Source: Reclinomonas americana ATCC 50394 (lineage: Eukaryota). From it: a DNA stretch of 39,521 nt. Under the pieces are notes generated by a model, which was not told the origin of the DNA, ran no database searches, and saw only the letters and a program-made list of their open reading frames with translations. The DNA lies in the NCBI GenBank assembly GCA_048213135.1, contig PS015054.1, positions 487,727-527,247 of the forward strand, in the 5' to 3' direction. A program made the position numbers and the translations under genes. Shown in pieces: positions 35,252 to 39,521 of the stretch. Numbering within the stretch: the stretch's first letter is position 1; the number at the start of each line of letters is the position of its first letter.

Positions 35252-37078
35252 TCACAACTCGTCGCGCTCGTTGCTGCGCAGCACTTGCAGCCGTTGTCGC
35301 AGAAGACTGGTCCAGTCGGCTGGCTCCTCGCCGCACCCCATGACGCTGACTTCGTCGCGACACAGGAGGCGCACAGTGTTGCGCGCACCCACTGCCTCCG
35401 ACTCCATGGCCGACATCTGTCGCGCGTCGTTGTGTGAGAGGTGAAGGCGCGAAAAGCAAACGCAAACGGAAGAACGCACCGTGAATTCCATGCCGTTGAT
35501 GTAGTACAGCTTGGGCGCCAAGCGGAACGGCGCCAGCTGCTCCACCTCCTGTTCCGAGTACGGCGGGAGCACGGGATATGGATTCCACGCTCGCGTCGAC
35601 GCCACCTCCCATCCGTCGACAAACCACGCCGACAGTGAGGCATTGTCCAGCGCCTGGTGCGAGAACAGCTTGTACACACCGTCGGCGACCAGCGAGAGCG
35701 AGAGGAAGCCCGAATTGGAGCCGTCTGCGGTCAGCACGTGGTCCGGCATCTCCTCCAACGACGAGAGGCCAAAGAACGAGGCACGCGCATTGCCGCGCAC
35801 CAACGTCACATGCAGCTGTGGGGTCATTCAGGAAGGCGAAGGCGACATGAGTTGCAGCGGGGGAGATACTGTACATACCTCGACAAATCGTCGTGCCGGC
35901 GGCAAATGTGGTGCCACATCGCTGAGGTCGAGACCGTGCATGTGCTCGAGCGGAGCGGCAAGAATCACCGCGTCGAATGGCTTCATCGACTCGCCCGACG
36001 CGGTGACCACACGCAGGCGGTTGCCGTCGCGCTCCACCGCCGTCACCGCACTGTCGAGGTGCACGGTGGCACCCGAGGCGCGAGCCAGCTCCTCAATGAA
36101 CTGCGCATTGCCGCCTGCACGAGCAACATACATGCGTGAGGAATGGCGTGTGAAGACGAGTGGTGGCACTGTGCGCGCTGTGCACGCACCGACCACCGAG
36201 CGCAGGTCGTTGCCCGAGGCCACCACCGACACCATGCCAACCAGGGCATGAATGGCGGCCGCGTCCTGCCCGTAGTTGCACCGCGTGGCCGCAGCCACCA
36301 GCTCATCGGCCAGCTGCGGCGTCGTGTGCAACGTGTTGAGCAGGTAGTCACGCGCTGACTCGTACATTAGCGGCTTCTCCAGCTGCAGCGCGCGCATCAT
36401 CTCCACCGCCGACTCAAAGGTCGCCTCGCGCTCCGGCAGGTCGTACACCTTGCAGAAGCGCTGCAGCATCTCCTTCGAGGCCTCATTCATGCGATACAGA
36501 GACAGCGGGCCGTATCTTGCAGCACGCAACGAGTCGTGATGATCAGTTGTCTCGCAGGGGAGGCGGAAAAACAGCTGCAGATTCTCTCCTCACCGCCACA
36601 TGAGAGACAAGGTCGTGCGCAACGAGGCCCACCAGCTGTCCGGATTCTTGGTCTCCACCTGCCGCCACCTCCACTCCTGTCCGTCCCAAATCCCAAACGA
36701 CTCGTCCCGATCCGCAAATCCCTGACGCGTCGACAAGCCCATGGCGTCGACCCAATCGCGCACAAATCGGTTCTCCACGTGATACACACTCGCACCGAGC
36801 TCCACAGTCATGAACTGCGCCTCTCCACTCTCCTTCTTCTCATCAGTGAGGCTCAGGCGGCGCAGGTGGATGGCCTCGACGCGGCCTCCCAGGCGTCCGC
36901 TGGCCTCGAATAGGTGAATGTCGTGATGATCCGAGGAGGAGGAGGAGGAGCGAGAGGCGAGGAAGTAGGCGGCAGAGGTGCCGCCTACACCACCGCCGAT
37001 GATGGCGATGCGTGCGGCGTGCGCGGTGCAGCAGGCGAGGCAGAGGAGGAGGAGGAGGGCGAGGAGGAATGTGCGCAT
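35252..37078 (-). CDS. PCYOX1: Prenylcysteine oxidase/lyase (FAD-dependent, signal peptide), 5 exons
   Basis: Signal peptide MRTFLLALLLLLCLACC; motifs RIAIIGGGVGGTSAAYFL, LFEASGRLGGR, ELGASVYHVEN, ATRCNYGQ, GGN, FDAVILAAPL, WNPYP, LYYINGME..SAMESEAVGARN. Confidence 0.9.
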
Positions 37079-37599
37079 GATCGGCGGGAGGAGAAGAGAA
37101 TCGAACATGTGTCCTGCATCGTAGAAAGCTCTGGTATGGAGCCTGTGTGATGAGAGCCACGAGGTGGTACACAGCCGCCATTAGTTCTGATCCACTGCGG
37201 GAATGCACGGGCAGCTGCGCGAATAAGAAGAAGATCCATTGCGATTCGATCGCGACGTATCAACGTTGTTATTACAAGCGGATCGGCTCAGCGCAAAGCT
37301 TCTGCTGCACTAGAGTTGTCGGCGTACACGAGTGCCACTGCTATGCCGACAAGACAACGGTGCAATCCTGCGCATGCATGCCGTCGATATCAACGTCGAT
37401 CGCGAGCTCGAGCTCGAGATCGAAGTCGCTGCAGGCATCTGTCTCTCAGTGGCCTTTGCGTCGCCCCGGGTGCTCTTGAAGAGTAGTCACTGGAGAGGTT
37501 GGAGAACTGAAGAACGAAGCCATTCTGTCGCCATCCACGCAGGACGACGTCGCCATTCGTGACAACTTTCAATCAGCAAAGGGTGTGAGACAGCGCACA

Positions 37600-39521
<1,922 letters not shown>

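Noticed and set aside
13403-37078. Functional cluster linking the CaaX protein and prenylcysteine oxidase
   Set aside because: They are 20 kb apart and separated by unrelated genes; there is no evidence of co-regulation.

Overview
Compact, intron-rich, GC-rich eukaryotic (protist-like) genomic scaffold using the standard genetic code, with three N gaps and many microsatellites. I can reconstruct 11 genes by hand: TOP1 (-, 3' end off-window), a Q/P-rich putative transcription factor (+), a Snf2/BRG1-class ATPase (-), an intronless vWA protein ending in a CaaX box (-), a CCDC87-like protein (-), acylphosphatase (-), a PARP/ART-domain protein (+), a GT13 (GnT-I/POMGnT1-like) glycosyltransferase (+), a TKL kinase (+), prenylcysteine oxidase (-) and SF3B3 (+, 3' end off-window). 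Two observations stand out. (1) A recurrent second class of 5' splice site, GTTG[C/A]G[T/C], appears at about 13 introns in 6 genes. It looks like the normal GTGCGT/GTGAGT donor shifted by one base and never follows an exon-terminal G. (2) The CCDC87-like gene has a run of seven symmetric phase-1 mini-exons, most carrying an HxRxxS NDR/LATS-type phosphosite. Gene models and family calls come from manual splicing and remembered motifs; no searches were run.
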